37,065 nt of DNA from Pseudomonadota bacterium (GTDB taxonomy: Bacteria; Bdellovibrionota_B; Oligoflexia; Oligoflexales; CAIMVM01), in the NCBI GenBank assembly GCA_037142195.1, contig JBAXBA010000033.1, positions 1-37,065 of the forward strand, read 5' to 3'. A program made the position numbers and the translations under genes. The notes below the pieces were generated by a model. The model was not told the origin of the DNA and did not search any database. It saw only the letters and a list, made by a program, of their open reading frames with translations. Every line of letters begins with the position of its first letter. Position 1 is the stretch's first letter. Positions 28,467 through 37,065 of this stretch are shown here, one piece after another.

Positions 28467-29250
28467 ACTTCCGATCTCAGCTTGCATTATTACTTTAAAT
28501 GAAGCCGACAATATCGCCGAATGCATTAAGTCCATGGACTTTGTCTCCGAAGTTATCGTATTAGACTCATTTTCAGACGACGACACCTGTAAAATCGCTG
28601 AATCCCTTGGCGCTAAGGTTTACAAGCAAAAGTTTCTTGGCCATATTGAACAGAAAAACAAGGCCCTTTCCTTTGCTAGCATGGAGTGGGTTTTAGCACT
28701 TGACGCCGATGAGCGGGTATCGCCAGAGCTTAGGTCATCTATTTTAGAAATATTTCGAAATCCCCCTAAATATGAGGGATACAGGTTTCACAGGTCTACT
28801 TGGTATTTAACTCGTTGGATCAAGCATGGTAGATTCTATCCCGATAAGCAACTCAGACTTTTTAAGAAAGACAAAGCTATTTGGGGTGGCAACAACCCCC
28901 ATGACAAAATTATCCTAACCGGCCAGTTTTGTGATGTTCCGGAGGATATTCAGCACTACTCCTACGAAAACATCTTTGACCATATCAAAACTTCCAATAA
29001 CTTTTCCAGCATACAATCCAAACAAATCGTGACTTCAAAAAGAGATCGATTCCCTATTTTAAAAATGATGATTAAAAGCCTTTGGACTTTTTTCGAGACT
29101 TATTTCTTAAGACGCGGGTTTTTGGATGGCCGAGAGGGTTTGATCATTTCTTTGATTTCTTCGTTTTCTATGCTGATTAGGTATGCAAAAGTCTATGAAA
29201 TTTCCGTTTCTAGAAGCACTTTAAACTCAAAGAATTTGAAACAAAAATAG
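28459..29250 (+). CDS. GT2 glycosyltransferase (WaaE/KdtX-like)
   Basis: ISACIITLNE, DSFSDDDT, WVLALDADE, YPDKQLRLF, GFLDGREG. Confidence 0.92.
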   Translation: MTKLPISACIITLNEADNIAECIKSMDFVSEVIVLDSFSDDDTCKIAESLGAKVYKQKFLGHIEQKNKALSFASMEWVLALDADERVSPELRSSILEIFRNPPKYEGYRFHRSTWYLTRWIKHGRFYPDKQLRLFKKDKAIWGGNNPHDKIILTGQFCDVPEDIQHYSYENIFDHIKTSNNFSSIQSKQIVTSKRDRFPILKMMIKSLWTFFETYFLRRGFLDGREGLIISLISSFSMLIRYAKVYEISVSRSTLNSKNLKQK

Positions 29251-29460
29251 ACCCTCAGCTGATTAAATTTTGAAAGAATATCATTTTAAAGGTTTCTGCT
29301 TTTTAAACTGCCTGTAATGCACTGATTCACGCGCTGTGTAGGAGCCAGTGCAAAATTTGGCACCAAAGGTTACTGCTGCTTGATGGGATCCATTAAGCTG
29401 CAAGGATTTTTACCGCTTTTCAAGACACAGACATCCCTAATACCTGGCCCCGGGCTATAG

Positions 29461-29487
29461 AAAAGGCCGCAAGACTCTGTTGCGACC
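29461..29487 (-). terminator. Rho-independent terminator
   Basis: Minus strand GGTCGCAA-N7-TTGCGGCC-TTTT (8-bp stem with one G:U pair), 20 nt after the protease stop. Confidence 0.55.
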
Positions 29488-29507
29488 ACCATCCTAAAAA
29501 AAAGCCC

Positions 29508-30803
29508 CTAAGGAACCTGGCCCTTCATTTCAACACTTAGTGTCAAGATCCTGCCAGACTCTAACTCAGATAGATCTTTGATGGCTATTTGCCATTCGCC
29601 TGCAGCTTCCAAGCCAATAAAGGAGTCAAAAATAGAATCCCCTTCGCTTCTAAAATCAAAGATAAATGGTTCTTCCGATTTTTTATAGACGCGATCAAGT
29701 AGACGAATGACTTGTCCGCTAGGGGAAGTAAGATCCATGGTGATGTCTGAAAGATTCGAATGTAGAACGCCAAGATGAATATGGATCTCACTTAAGAGTG
29801 TTTTGTCGTCTATTTTAAATTTTTCGATAAGTGATGGAGAAGGATTGTTTGCTGAAGGTTCTGGGATGTCTTGTTCTTGCATTAAGATCCCATCAAAGAT
29901 TACTTTTTGAGGAATTTTTGTGACCTTATCGATGCGCTCTATTTGATCATGTAGCTCATTAATGGAGAGACTTGAAATCATCGTTTCTCCAGTGCAGTTG
30001 CCATGAGCACAGCGTTTTACTCGAAGACAACCCGCCTGGTCTGTCTCAAAATCCGATTCCCCTCCCAAGAGGATTCCTCGAACTTCTTTATCGCTTGAAA
30101 AAACGGGCGAACCTGAATTCCCTTCGAAGACGTCGAGCTCTGCGAGGACTTGATCATTTTCGAAACTTTTTCTATAACTTCCTCCCGATGCGACTTTTTG
30201 ATCACCACCTAACGGATACCCCAGTACTGTCAACTCCCCTAGGGAAAGCCAATCTTGCGTCTCCGCAAAGTTGAGGCTAGGTCTCTCTGTGGGACGATCG
30301 AGCCGAATCATAATCAAATCACTCAAGGGATCTGGAGGCTGATAGATGCGCTTGCAGCTAAAAAGCTGTGACTGGTTTAAAAGCCTTGGAACTTTCCAAG
30401 GAAGGTGGTCTCTTATATCAAAGACTATCGCCAAATCTGAGCAGCCGCCAGGAACGACTTCCAGGCAGTGTTTTGCAGTAACGAGAAGATCCTCTTCAAT
30501 AAGTGAGCCTGAGCAGTGCCCCAAATTCCTGGCACTTTCTAAAGGCTCTTTTTCACAGATTGCGGTTTTTGTGGGTGCTTTTTCTTCTAAAAAATAGCCC
30601 CCAAATCTCTTATTCAGCCGTGATTTTTCCGTAATGAGCGCTACACTTTTAAACTCGCTCAGCCACTTCTTGCTAGACGGTGCTGAAACGTCGTCTATGC
30701 CATCATCACCATAGATCACTTTTTCTTTTGATTTTAATTCCTGGCCGCAAGAAAGGAATATAAAGCACAGGACTAGCCAGTATGTTTTAGATAAGTTTTT
30801 CAT
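29508..30803 (-). CDS. Trypsin-like serine protease lipoprotein with C-terminal proprotein-convertase P domain
   Basis: FLSC lipobox; CSGSLI, TAKHC, D..IRLD, GNSGSP triad; P-domain pattern H....D....L.SPSG...GEW.I...D. Start is 30803 or 30815. Confidence 0.88.
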   Translation of the reverse strand: MKNLSKTYWLVLCFIFLSCGQELKSKEKVIYGDDGIDDVSAPSSKKWLSEFKSVALITEKSRLNKRFGGYFLEEKAPTKTAICEKEPLESARNLGHCSGSLIEEDLLVTAKHCLEVVPGGCSDLAIVFDIRDHLPWKVPRLLNQSQLFSCKRIYQPPDPLSDLIMIRLDRPTERPSLNFAETQDWLSLGELTVLGYPLGGDQKVASGGSYRKSFENDQVLAELDVFEGNSGSPVFSSDKEVRGILLGGESDFETDQAGCLRVKRCAHGNCTGETMISSLSINELHDQIERIDKVTKIPQKVIFDGILMQEQDIPEPSANNPSPSLIEKFKIDDKTLLSEIHIHLGVLHSNLSDITMDLTSPSGQVIRLLDRVYKKSEEPFIFDFRSEGDSIFDSFIGLEAAGEWQIAIKDLSELESGRILTLSVEMKGQVP

Positions 30804-30816
30804 GATGTAGCCCATC

Positions 30817-32436
30817 TTAATGGAGATTCTGAAAGAGCCTGTCTTCTAGGGCATTCTCAAGTAAGGCACGAGCGACCTTAACGCCATCAAGCGATGCCGA
30901 AACAATGCCACCCGCAAATCCAGCACCTTCCCCACAGGGATAGAGTCCTGGATGACTGACCGACATAAGCTTTGCATCACGAGTCATCACGATCGGTGAG
31001 GATGTTTTGCTTTCCACGCCCGCAACTATGGCTCGTTCCGAGATATAGCCGTGCATCTTTTTATTGTACTCTCCAAGCGCACCTTTCAAAGAGTCGACTA
31101 CAAACTTCGGAAGTAGTTTGTCGATACGAGCCGCTGTCACACCCGGCTTGTAAGTAGACTCTAACTCACCTTTAGAATCTCTTCCTTTAAGAAAGTCTGT
31201 GAGTCGCTGTGCCGGGCTGAAATAGTTACCACCACCTGCAGCAAAGGCTGCCTTTTCAATATTTTCCTGAAAGGTGACTCCATCCAGTACATGCCCGCGA
31301 TAGAAGTCTTCACGATTTACATTTACAACGACAGCTGCATTAGCGAAGCCAGAGTTTCTGGCGTGATAGCTCATTCCGTTAATCGCTAAATGGCCAGGCT
31401 GGGCCCCAGTCGGCATCAATAGGCCTCCTGGGCACATACAGAACGTCCAAATCCCGCGATCCCCTGCCCGCGCTGCGAGTTTGTACTCTGCTGCAGGTAA
31501 AAGGGCACAACTTCCATATTGAATGCGGTCGATATCTTCCTGGGGGTGTTCAAATCTCGCGCCGATTGCGAAGGGCTTAGGTTGAATCGCAAGCCCTCTA
31601 TCCAAAAGCAGGCGATAAGTATCTCTCGCGGAATGCCCAATGGCCATGACTAGGTGATCCGTTTCAATTCGATCGCCGTTAGAAAGTGCCACTTCATAGC
31701 GTGCGGAAGCACCCACTTTAAAGTCTTCGAATCTCGTACCAAAGATAAATTTGCAACCGCGCGACTCCAGATAGGTTCGCATATTTTTGGCAAGGACCAT
31801 CAAATAGTCTGTGCCAATATGGGGATGTGCATTGTAAAGAATATCTTCGGGAGCTCCAAACTCGACCCATTTTTCGAACAAATATCGAACAAGCGGGTGA
31901 TTGCGCCCACAAGTAAGTTTCCCATCTGAAAACGTCCCAGCCCCACCTTCCCCAAAGCAAAAGTTGCTTTCTTCTTCAAATTGCCCATTCCTTCGAAGGC
32001 GCCCAACTGTGCGCATACGAGTTTCCACGGGCTCACCACGCTCTACAATGATGCAACGCTGGCCCGCTTCAGCTAGGGCTAACGCCGCAAATATGCCGGC
32101 GGGACCACTGCCAATAATTACGGGAGGTGTATTTAAAACTTTAGAAGCAAGATCAAGACCGTCTACGGGGTTAAAGGACTTTACCTCTGGTGTTCGTATA
32201 ACATCTGAAGTCTGCGACTTTTCGATCACCGAATCTTCACCATCTATTTCGATATGAAGCTGGTAGACGTACTTAATGCGGCTCTTTCGTCGAGCATCCA
32301 ACGACTTCTTCTTAATTTCGAGCGACTTTATAACTTCCTGGGGAACGCCCAGCTTGTCGCTCACGTACTTAGAAAGTATTTCTGACGAGAATCCTTCCTC
32401 AATGGGAATTTCTACATTCGAAACTTGGAGAGACAT
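30817..32436 (-). CDS. Uncharacterised FAD-dependent oxidoreductase (COG2509-like)
   Basis: IIGSGPAG, FGEGGAGTFSDGKL, AIGHSARD, TFCMCPGG, NGMS, YPCGEGAGFAGGIVS. Confidence 0.92.
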   Translation of the reverse strand: MSLQVSNVEIPIEEGFSSEILSKYVSDKLGVPQEVIKSLEIKKKSLDARRKSRIKYVYQLHIEIDGEDSVIEKSQTSDVIRTPEVKSFNPVDGLDLASKVLNTPPVIIGSGPAGIFAALALAEAGQRCIIVERGEPVETRMRTVGRLRRNGQFEEESNFCFGEGGAGTFSDGKLTCGRNHPLVRYLFEKWVEFGAPEDILYNAHPHIGTDYLMVLAKNMRTYLESRGCKFIFGTRFEDFKVGASARYEVALSNGDRIETDHLVMAIGHSARDTYRLLLDRGLAIQPKPFAIGARFEHPQEDIDRIQYGSCALLPAAEYKLAARAGDRGIWTFCMCPGGLLMPTGAQPGHLAINGMSYHARNSGFANAAVVVNVNREDFYRGHVLDGVTFQENIEKAAFAAGGGNYFSPAQRLTDFLKGRDSKGELESTYKPGVTAARIDKLLPKFVVDSLKGALGEYNKKMHGYISERAIVAGVESKTSSPIVMTRDAKLMSVSHPGLYPCGEGAGFAGGIVSASLDGVKVARALLENALEDRLFQNLH

Positions 32437-32573
32437 AATAGGCCCCTAGGTTTGCGGCCGGTATTCATCCAGCAAGCAGGCCATCCCTATAGGAACCAGG
32501 TCTACAAATCAAGCGGTAATTCTAAGCACCCATAATCATACAATTTTATGCCCAAACACCAAACGGCCGGCTT

Positions 32574-33803
32574 CTACTTTATTTCGATACGAGCTGTATT
32601 TACTTGTTCCAGACATCCACTAAATTCTCCCTTAGCAGCTTTCGCGGTATCTGCGCAACAGCGCGTAACCTCAAAGTTTAAGGTTTTCCCGACCAGAGAC
32701 TTATAGACCGGCTCTGATACGACATCCTTCCAAAGAATTTTTTCGGAATTGATATATTTTCCATAAACTACAGGAAGGGTTTCAGGTGGCCAAACCCCAA
32801 GTTCTGTAGTCGCATCTTTTAAAGATGCTTTAGTTGCAAGACAGATGTTGTCAGTGCCCGGTAAAGTCTTAACTAGTGATTTCACAAACTCATCAAGTAT
32901 CACGCTACCTTCAAAAGGGTAGGAAAGCCTATCGCCGCGAAAGGCCTGCTCACTTCCCGTTAAAGAAGTTTCCAAAATTTTGTCCCATTGGCTTTTGCCG
33001 GTCTCATAATCTTGATCACAAGCTTTGGTGCCTTTATCCACAGACCCATAAAGCCGAAGCCTCTTTTGAAACTCGACGGGCAATGCATTTAGTTTCTTAA
33101 CGAGACCATCAATACTACAATCGTTTTCACTATTGCCATAATGCCCTGGATTGTCAGATATGACGAGAACCACATTCGCATCGTCAGCCTTGGAAAGCGC
33201 TTGAAGCCTATCGACTGCATGACCTACAGCCATAAGGGAAGCTTCCCAAGAGCCGCCACCGCCCACTGCATTTTCTTCAGAAACTTTTTGTTTAAAGGCC
33301 TCAATATCGTCCGTCAAATCCACGGTAGATTCAATACCATCTCGAAAAGGAATAAGCCCCAAGCGAACTTTAAAACCCTTTTCTTTAAGACGATCTGAGA
33401 ACGCTTTTATATTATCTTTCAAAGTCTGAATATTCTTTTCCATCGATCCCGTAACATCCAAAGCGACATAGAGATTCAAGGGAATGAGAACCTTCTCTCC
33501 ATCCATTTTAACATTATTTCCCGGCTCAAATGCTAAATTTAAGGGCCCACTTCCAGACTTAAAGATAGCGGTTACGGAACCCGTCTTTGGCTCTAAGGGA
33601 GGAGACCCATCTGGGGGCAACACAGACTCTGCATCCCCAGGCACCTGAACGATGTCTGTGGGCAAGGCATTGTCGTCACCTGGCATATCTTTATGGGCTC
33701 CTACTCTGTTGGTAGAGTTTCTGCCAGAAAAAGAGCTTTTGTTGCACCCAGCGATGAGCCCAGCCAAAATACAAACTTGAATTGCGCAAAATAGAAGTTT
33801 CAC
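32574..33803 (-). CDS. vWA domain lipoprotein
   Basis: LIAGC lipobox; MIDAS motif DVTGSM, GGG..E, VISD; GTG 33803 preceded by a G-rich RBS. Confidence 0.85.
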   Translation of the reverse strand: MKLLFCAIQVCILAGLIAGCNKSSFSGRNSTNRVGAHKDMPGDDNALPTDIVQVPGDAESVLPPDGSPPLEPKTGSVTAIFKSGSGPLNLAFEPGNNVKMDGEKVLIPLNLYVALDVTGSMEKNIQTLKDNIKAFSDRLKEKGFKVRLGLIPFRDGIESTVDLTDDIEAFKQKVSEENAVGGGGSWEASLMAVGHAVDRLQALSKADDANVVLVISDNPGHYGNSENDCSIDGLVKKLNALPVEFQKRLRLYGSVDKGTKACDQDYETGKSQWDKILETSLTGSEQAFRGDRLSYPFEGSVILDEFVKSLVKTLPGTDNICLATKASLKDATTELGVWPPETLPVVYGKYINSEKILWKDVVSEPVYKSLVGKTLNFEVTRCCADTAKAAKGEFSGCLEQVNTARIEIK

Positions 33804-33989
33804 GTTCCCCCCTGAAGCAAGCTGCAATTCCTATCGGCAACAAAACTTCAAAAGATCTATTTATTTGAATATCGTATTAATTTCAGCGTGTTAGGGCGAC
33901 GTTTTACCATGAATCCATAGGTTTAGATATACGTTTAGATTGCATAATCATTTTCTTGCTTTATGATTAAAATTTTAGGAACTTTCCAC

Positions 33990-34691
33990 ATGGAAGTTAA
34001 CTCTCTTTGCCTAAGCCAAGTATTCCCTGAAACCAAAGACTATCTCCCCCGTGCCTTATTGCAGCTCTTCCAAGATCGGGCATCTGACTACTCTTGGAAG
34101 ATACTAGGCTCATCCTTAAAAGAAGCCATAGCTCAGGCCGTCTCTGAAGTTCCACGTGGCGATAGGCTGCAAGGTCAAATTCATCCCGGAGCTTGGCTCA
34201 TAGGCGATCAGATTGTAATTGAAGCTGGAGCCATGGTGGAAGCCGGTGCCTATATCGAAGGACCGACTTTTATTGCCAAAGGAGCCGTGGTGCGCCACGG
34301 GGCTTATATCAGAGGTCATGTTTATGTGGGGCCCAATTCTATTATGGGACATACCACGGAAGCAAAAGAGTCTCTCTTACTCGCGGATGCTAAAGCGGCC
34401 CATTTTGCTTACCTCGGCAATTCCCTATTAGGGAATCAAGTGAACCTGGGAGCTGGCACAAAACTAGCCAACTTACGTCTTGATCACCAAAATATTAAAG
34501 TGAGATTTGGTGAAGACATCATGGATACTGGCCTTAAAAAATTTGGCGCGATCTTAGGAGACCACGCCCAGACCGGTTGCAATTCGGTAACCAATCCAGG
34601 AACTGTTTTATTGCCTGGAAGCGCAATACTGCCGTGCACGGTTGCCACAGGAATCGTTTCTAATAGACGGGGTCTAGTTAAGAAAAAATAG
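33990..34691 (+). CDS. Stand-alone hexapeptide-repeat acyltransferase, GlmU C-terminal-like
   Basis: Left-handed beta-helix repeats; HFAYLGNS..G..VNLGAGT..AN, KFGAILGD, GCNSV.NPG; no nucleotidyltransferase domain. Start is 33963 or 33990. Confidence 0.85.
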   Translation: MEVNSLCLSQVFPETKDYLPRALLQLFQDRASDYSWKILGSSLKEAIAQAVSEVPRGDRLQGQIHPGAWLIGDQIVIEAGAMVEAGAYIEGPTFIAKGAVVRHGAYIRGHVYVGPNSIMGHTTEAKESLLLADAKAAHFAYLGNSLLGNQVNLGAGTKLANLRLDHQNIKVRFGEDIMDTGLKKFGAILGDHAQTGCNSVTNPGTVLLPGSAILPCTVATGIVSNRRGLVKKK

Positions 34692-34701
34692 GCCTTCATT
34701 G

Positions 34702-34727
34702 CCGTCCCAAGATATCACTTGGGACGG
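34702..34727. terminator. Hairpin between convergent genes
   Basis: CCGTCCCAAG-ATATCA-CTTGGGACGG, a perfect 10-bp stem. Confidence 0.6.
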
Positions 34728-34778
34728 ATGCTGCTTTCACCAGAAGAGTCTGGTCCGCGCCAATTTTTCAAACAACTT

Positions 34779-35558
34779 TTAAGCTGGATTCATGTCTCTG
34801 GATAGATAGGTGTCTAAAAGCCGGCCTAATCGAGATATACAAAAATTCAAAATAAAATAGATACATGCTACGACGAACCATGTTTCAAAACTTCTAAAAC
34901 TCACAGCAACCACGCTTGTTGCGGCTTTCGTGAGCTCCATAAGGGAAATGACCGAAACCAAACTGGAATCCTTCACCAAACTTACATACTGACCTATCAA
35001 AGCGGGCAAAATTCGCCTCAGAATTTGAGGACCTGCCACAAAGCGGGCGATCCTAAAAGATGACAGCCCAAGACTTCTGGATGCTTCAAACTGACCTTTT
35101 TCTAAGTGCCCTATGGCGGAGCGGAGGATCTCCCCAATGTAAGCGCTGCAAAAAAGGGACAAACAAACAATCCCTGATACCTGTGCACTCCATTCAAAAG
35201 CAGTTCCAACCACAAAATACAGCACATAGAGCTGAACCAAAACCGGCGTATTCCTAAAGACCTCTACGAAACAGACGGCACTGTATCGCAAAACAATATC
35301 CTTGCTGTTCAGTGCTAAGCCAATAAAAAAGCCCAGAAGCGAACCACATAGTATGGAGTATAGAGAGATCCAAATGGTGCACCACAGACCTTTTAGCAAC
35401 ATTCCGGGTTCGCCATCACCCCAAACAAAACTAAGTACGCTTGCAAAGTCCCAATCATAGTCGAGACCAAGAAACGATTTCACGATAAGCCCCAACAGGA
35501 TCCCCAAGACACACAGAGAGACTACAGATCCGAACGGAAATTTGCCTCTTGGTTTCAT
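34779..35558 (-). CDS. Polar amino acid ABC transporter permease (HisM family)
   Basis: FRNTPVLVQL, AYIGEILR, GQFEASRSLG, LVKDSSL; ATG 35558 overlaps the binding-protein stop. Confidence 0.93.
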   Translation of the reverse strand: MKPRGKFPFGSVVSLCVLGILLGLIVKSFLGLDYDWDFASVLSFVWGDGEPGMLLKGLWCTIWISLYSILCGSLLGFFIGLALNSKDIVLRYSAVCFVEVFRNTPVLVQLYVLYFVVGTAFEWSAQVSGIVCLSLFCSAYIGEILRSAIGHLEKGQFEASRSLGLSSFRIARFVAGPQILRRILPALIGQYVSLVKDSSLVSVISLMELTKAATSVVAVSFRSFETWFVVACIYFILNFCISRLGRLLDTYLSRDMNPA

Positions 35559-36394
35559 TTGAGGAAATCCGGAAAGTCCTTCAACCAATTCATGGTTTTA
35601 AAGTAATGATCTTTAGCTTTTTGATAGGACCCATCTTTTTTCCATCCCTCGAAAAAAGAAGCAAATGCCTGGGCCAAAGTAGAATCCTTTTTTCGAAACG
35701 CAATCCCAAGGTTCTCGGCACTCATCATTTCACCCAGGACAACAACTTTGGAACTGTTTTTAGATGCGTAAATGTCGATATACGGCTTGTCATAGATAAA
35801 AGCATCAACTTTTCCGAGAGCCACCGCACTAGCGCAGTCATTTTCGGTGTCAAAACGCCTCAGATTGGCATTTTTAAGCTGCTTGCTGGCAAACGTATCC
35901 CCAGTCGTACCCGTCTTTAAAGCAACAGTGTATTTCTTTTGGTCAAGGTCTTTTAGGCTCTTTATTTCCGCTCCTCGGCCTGCTGTTACCATGACGACTA
36001 GCCCGGCTTGATAGTAGGGCGCACTAAATTGCACCACGCGGCTTCTTTCCTCTGTAATTGTCATGCCTGAAGCAATGACATCAAATTTCCCTGAAATCAG
36101 TGCTGGGATGATTCCGTCCCACTTTGTGTCGACAAATTCCGCTTTGACGCCCATTGATTTTGCAAATTCGGAAATCATATCCACATCAAAACCAACCCAA
36201 GTTCCGTTCTTGGTGCGCATTTCAAAAGGAATAAATCCTGATTCCAATCCCACCCGCAAAACCGACGATGCTTTTACTTTAGCTAATGTGTCCATCTTAT
36301 CGCTGACATCTTTTCCGTGGGACATAAGCTCTAGTCCTGGAAACCAGCCTGAAATAGAAAATAGAAAAATCAAGCAGGACAGCCTTTGAGCCAT
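35555..36394 (-). CDS. Amino acid ABC substrate-binding protein (family 3)
   Basis: PFE..GFDVD, WDGIIPAL..GKFD, MTITEER...FS.PY, GTTG; GAGGAG RBS. Confidence 0.94.
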   Translation of the reverse strand: MAQRLSCLIFLFSISGWFPGLELMSHGKDVSDKMDTLAKVKASSVLRVGLESGFIPFEMRTKNGTWVGFDVDMISEFAKSMGVKAEFVDTKWDGIIPALISGKFDVIASGMTITEERSRVVQFSAPYYQAGLVVMVTAGRGAEIKSLKDLDQKKYTVALKTGTTGDTFASKQLKNANLRRFDTENDCASAVALGKVDAFIYDKPYIDIYASKNSSKVVVLGEMMSAENLGIAFRKKDSTLAQAFASFFEGWKKDGSYQKAKDHYFKTMNWLKDFPDFLK

Positions 36395-36594
36395 TGAAAA
36401 CTCCTCATAATAGCAGACACTATCTCACTGATCTTAAATTAAAGAGTACATTTTCCAAGCGTTATTTACACTTGTTGGCACAAATCGTCAAAAACCAAAG
36501 TTGAACTTTGGCTCGATATTTGATACACATCAAATCTAAATAGGACAAAAATGCGACCCACTGCCACCTTAATAATTTTGTAGGATACTTCCAC

Positions 36595-36924
36595 ATGATC
36601 AGATCTATCGACGTCCAGGGATTTCATGACCTCCAAAAAACAGACAAAAATCTCCATTTTATTGATGTCAGGGAAAAGGATGAATATGAAGATGTTCACG
36701 CAATTGGGACCATCAACTTCCCTTTAAGCAGTCTTAATCCAGCAGAAATTTTGACTCAAATCCAGGCCACGAAATCGACCCCCCTCTATTTTATTTGCCG
36801 TTCCGGGAAAAGAAGCTATATGGCTGCGGAGCAATTTAAAAGTTACGGTTGCCTCGAGCTGACAAATATCGAGGGGGGAACTCAAGCTTGGCTTGACAGC
36901 AGCCTGCCAAATAGCCTGGACTAG
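36595..36924 (+). CDS. Single-domain rhodanese
   Basis: IDVRE..EY, active-site loop CRSGKRS, GGTQAW. Confidence 0.92.
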   Translation: MIRSIDVQGFHDLQKTDKNLHFIDVREKDEYEDVHAIGTINFPLSSLNPAEILTQIQATKSTPLYFICRSGKRSYMAAEQFKSYGCLELTNIEGGTQAWLDSSLPNSLD

Positions 36925-37065
36925 CTATGCACGCAGAATTACATAACCTAGCTAGCCGGGCCTAGGATCTGCCCATACCAAGGAAAATCTTCTGGGCTGG
37001 CCTTTGGCGGTTAGGGCTGAAACAGTAGGTCGAAAACTTATGCAAACTTGATCACTCGCCTTGTA

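Noticed and set aside
36466..36699. 77-aa minus-strand ORF
   Set aside because: Overlaps the rhodanese antisense and its promoter region; no motif.
36925..37065. 3' end of a minus-strand gene at the window edge
   Set aside because: Two frames are possible and both are too short to call.
1..37065. CRISPR arrays, tRNA/rRNA, riboswitches, prophage or defence genes
   Set aside because: No spaced repeats, cloverleafs or hallmark proteins seen by eye; a covariance-model scan is needed to exclude small RNAs.

Overview
Bacterial window with about 27 intact genes and a decayed insertion-sequence cluster. The many Cys-lipoproteins, the vWA and trypsin/P-domain proteins and the sigma28-like motifs suggest Bdellovibrionota/Oligoflexia (inference only). 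From left to right: a partial metallophosphoesterase and a histidine-phosphatase lipoprotein; a MarR-TolC-MFP-RND efflux operon whose adaptor has no alpha-helical hairpin; a junction at 7.5-10.9 kb where two co-oriented IS91-family transposase fragments enclose a DUF4337 gene and an IS110 remnant; an ArsS-type radical SAM and AhpD-like pair; an ATGA-coupled catabolic operon (GH38, DUF4434 hydrolase, N-acylglucosamine 2-epimerase, Na+/solute symporter) that I propose degrades ManNAc/mannose glycans; a small beta-barrel; a helical lipoprotein divergent from a 7-gene run (2 MacB/LolE-type permeases, LolA-like protein, beta-barrel, ATPase, O-antigen-ligase-like protein, GT2); a trypsin+P-domain lipoprotein; a FAD oxidoreductase; a vWA lipoprotein; a stand-alone GlmU-like acetyltransferase; an amino-acid ABC binding protein and permease; and a rhodanese. 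I saw no tRNA, rRNA or CRISPR array. All family calls come from motif recognition by eye, not database searches.
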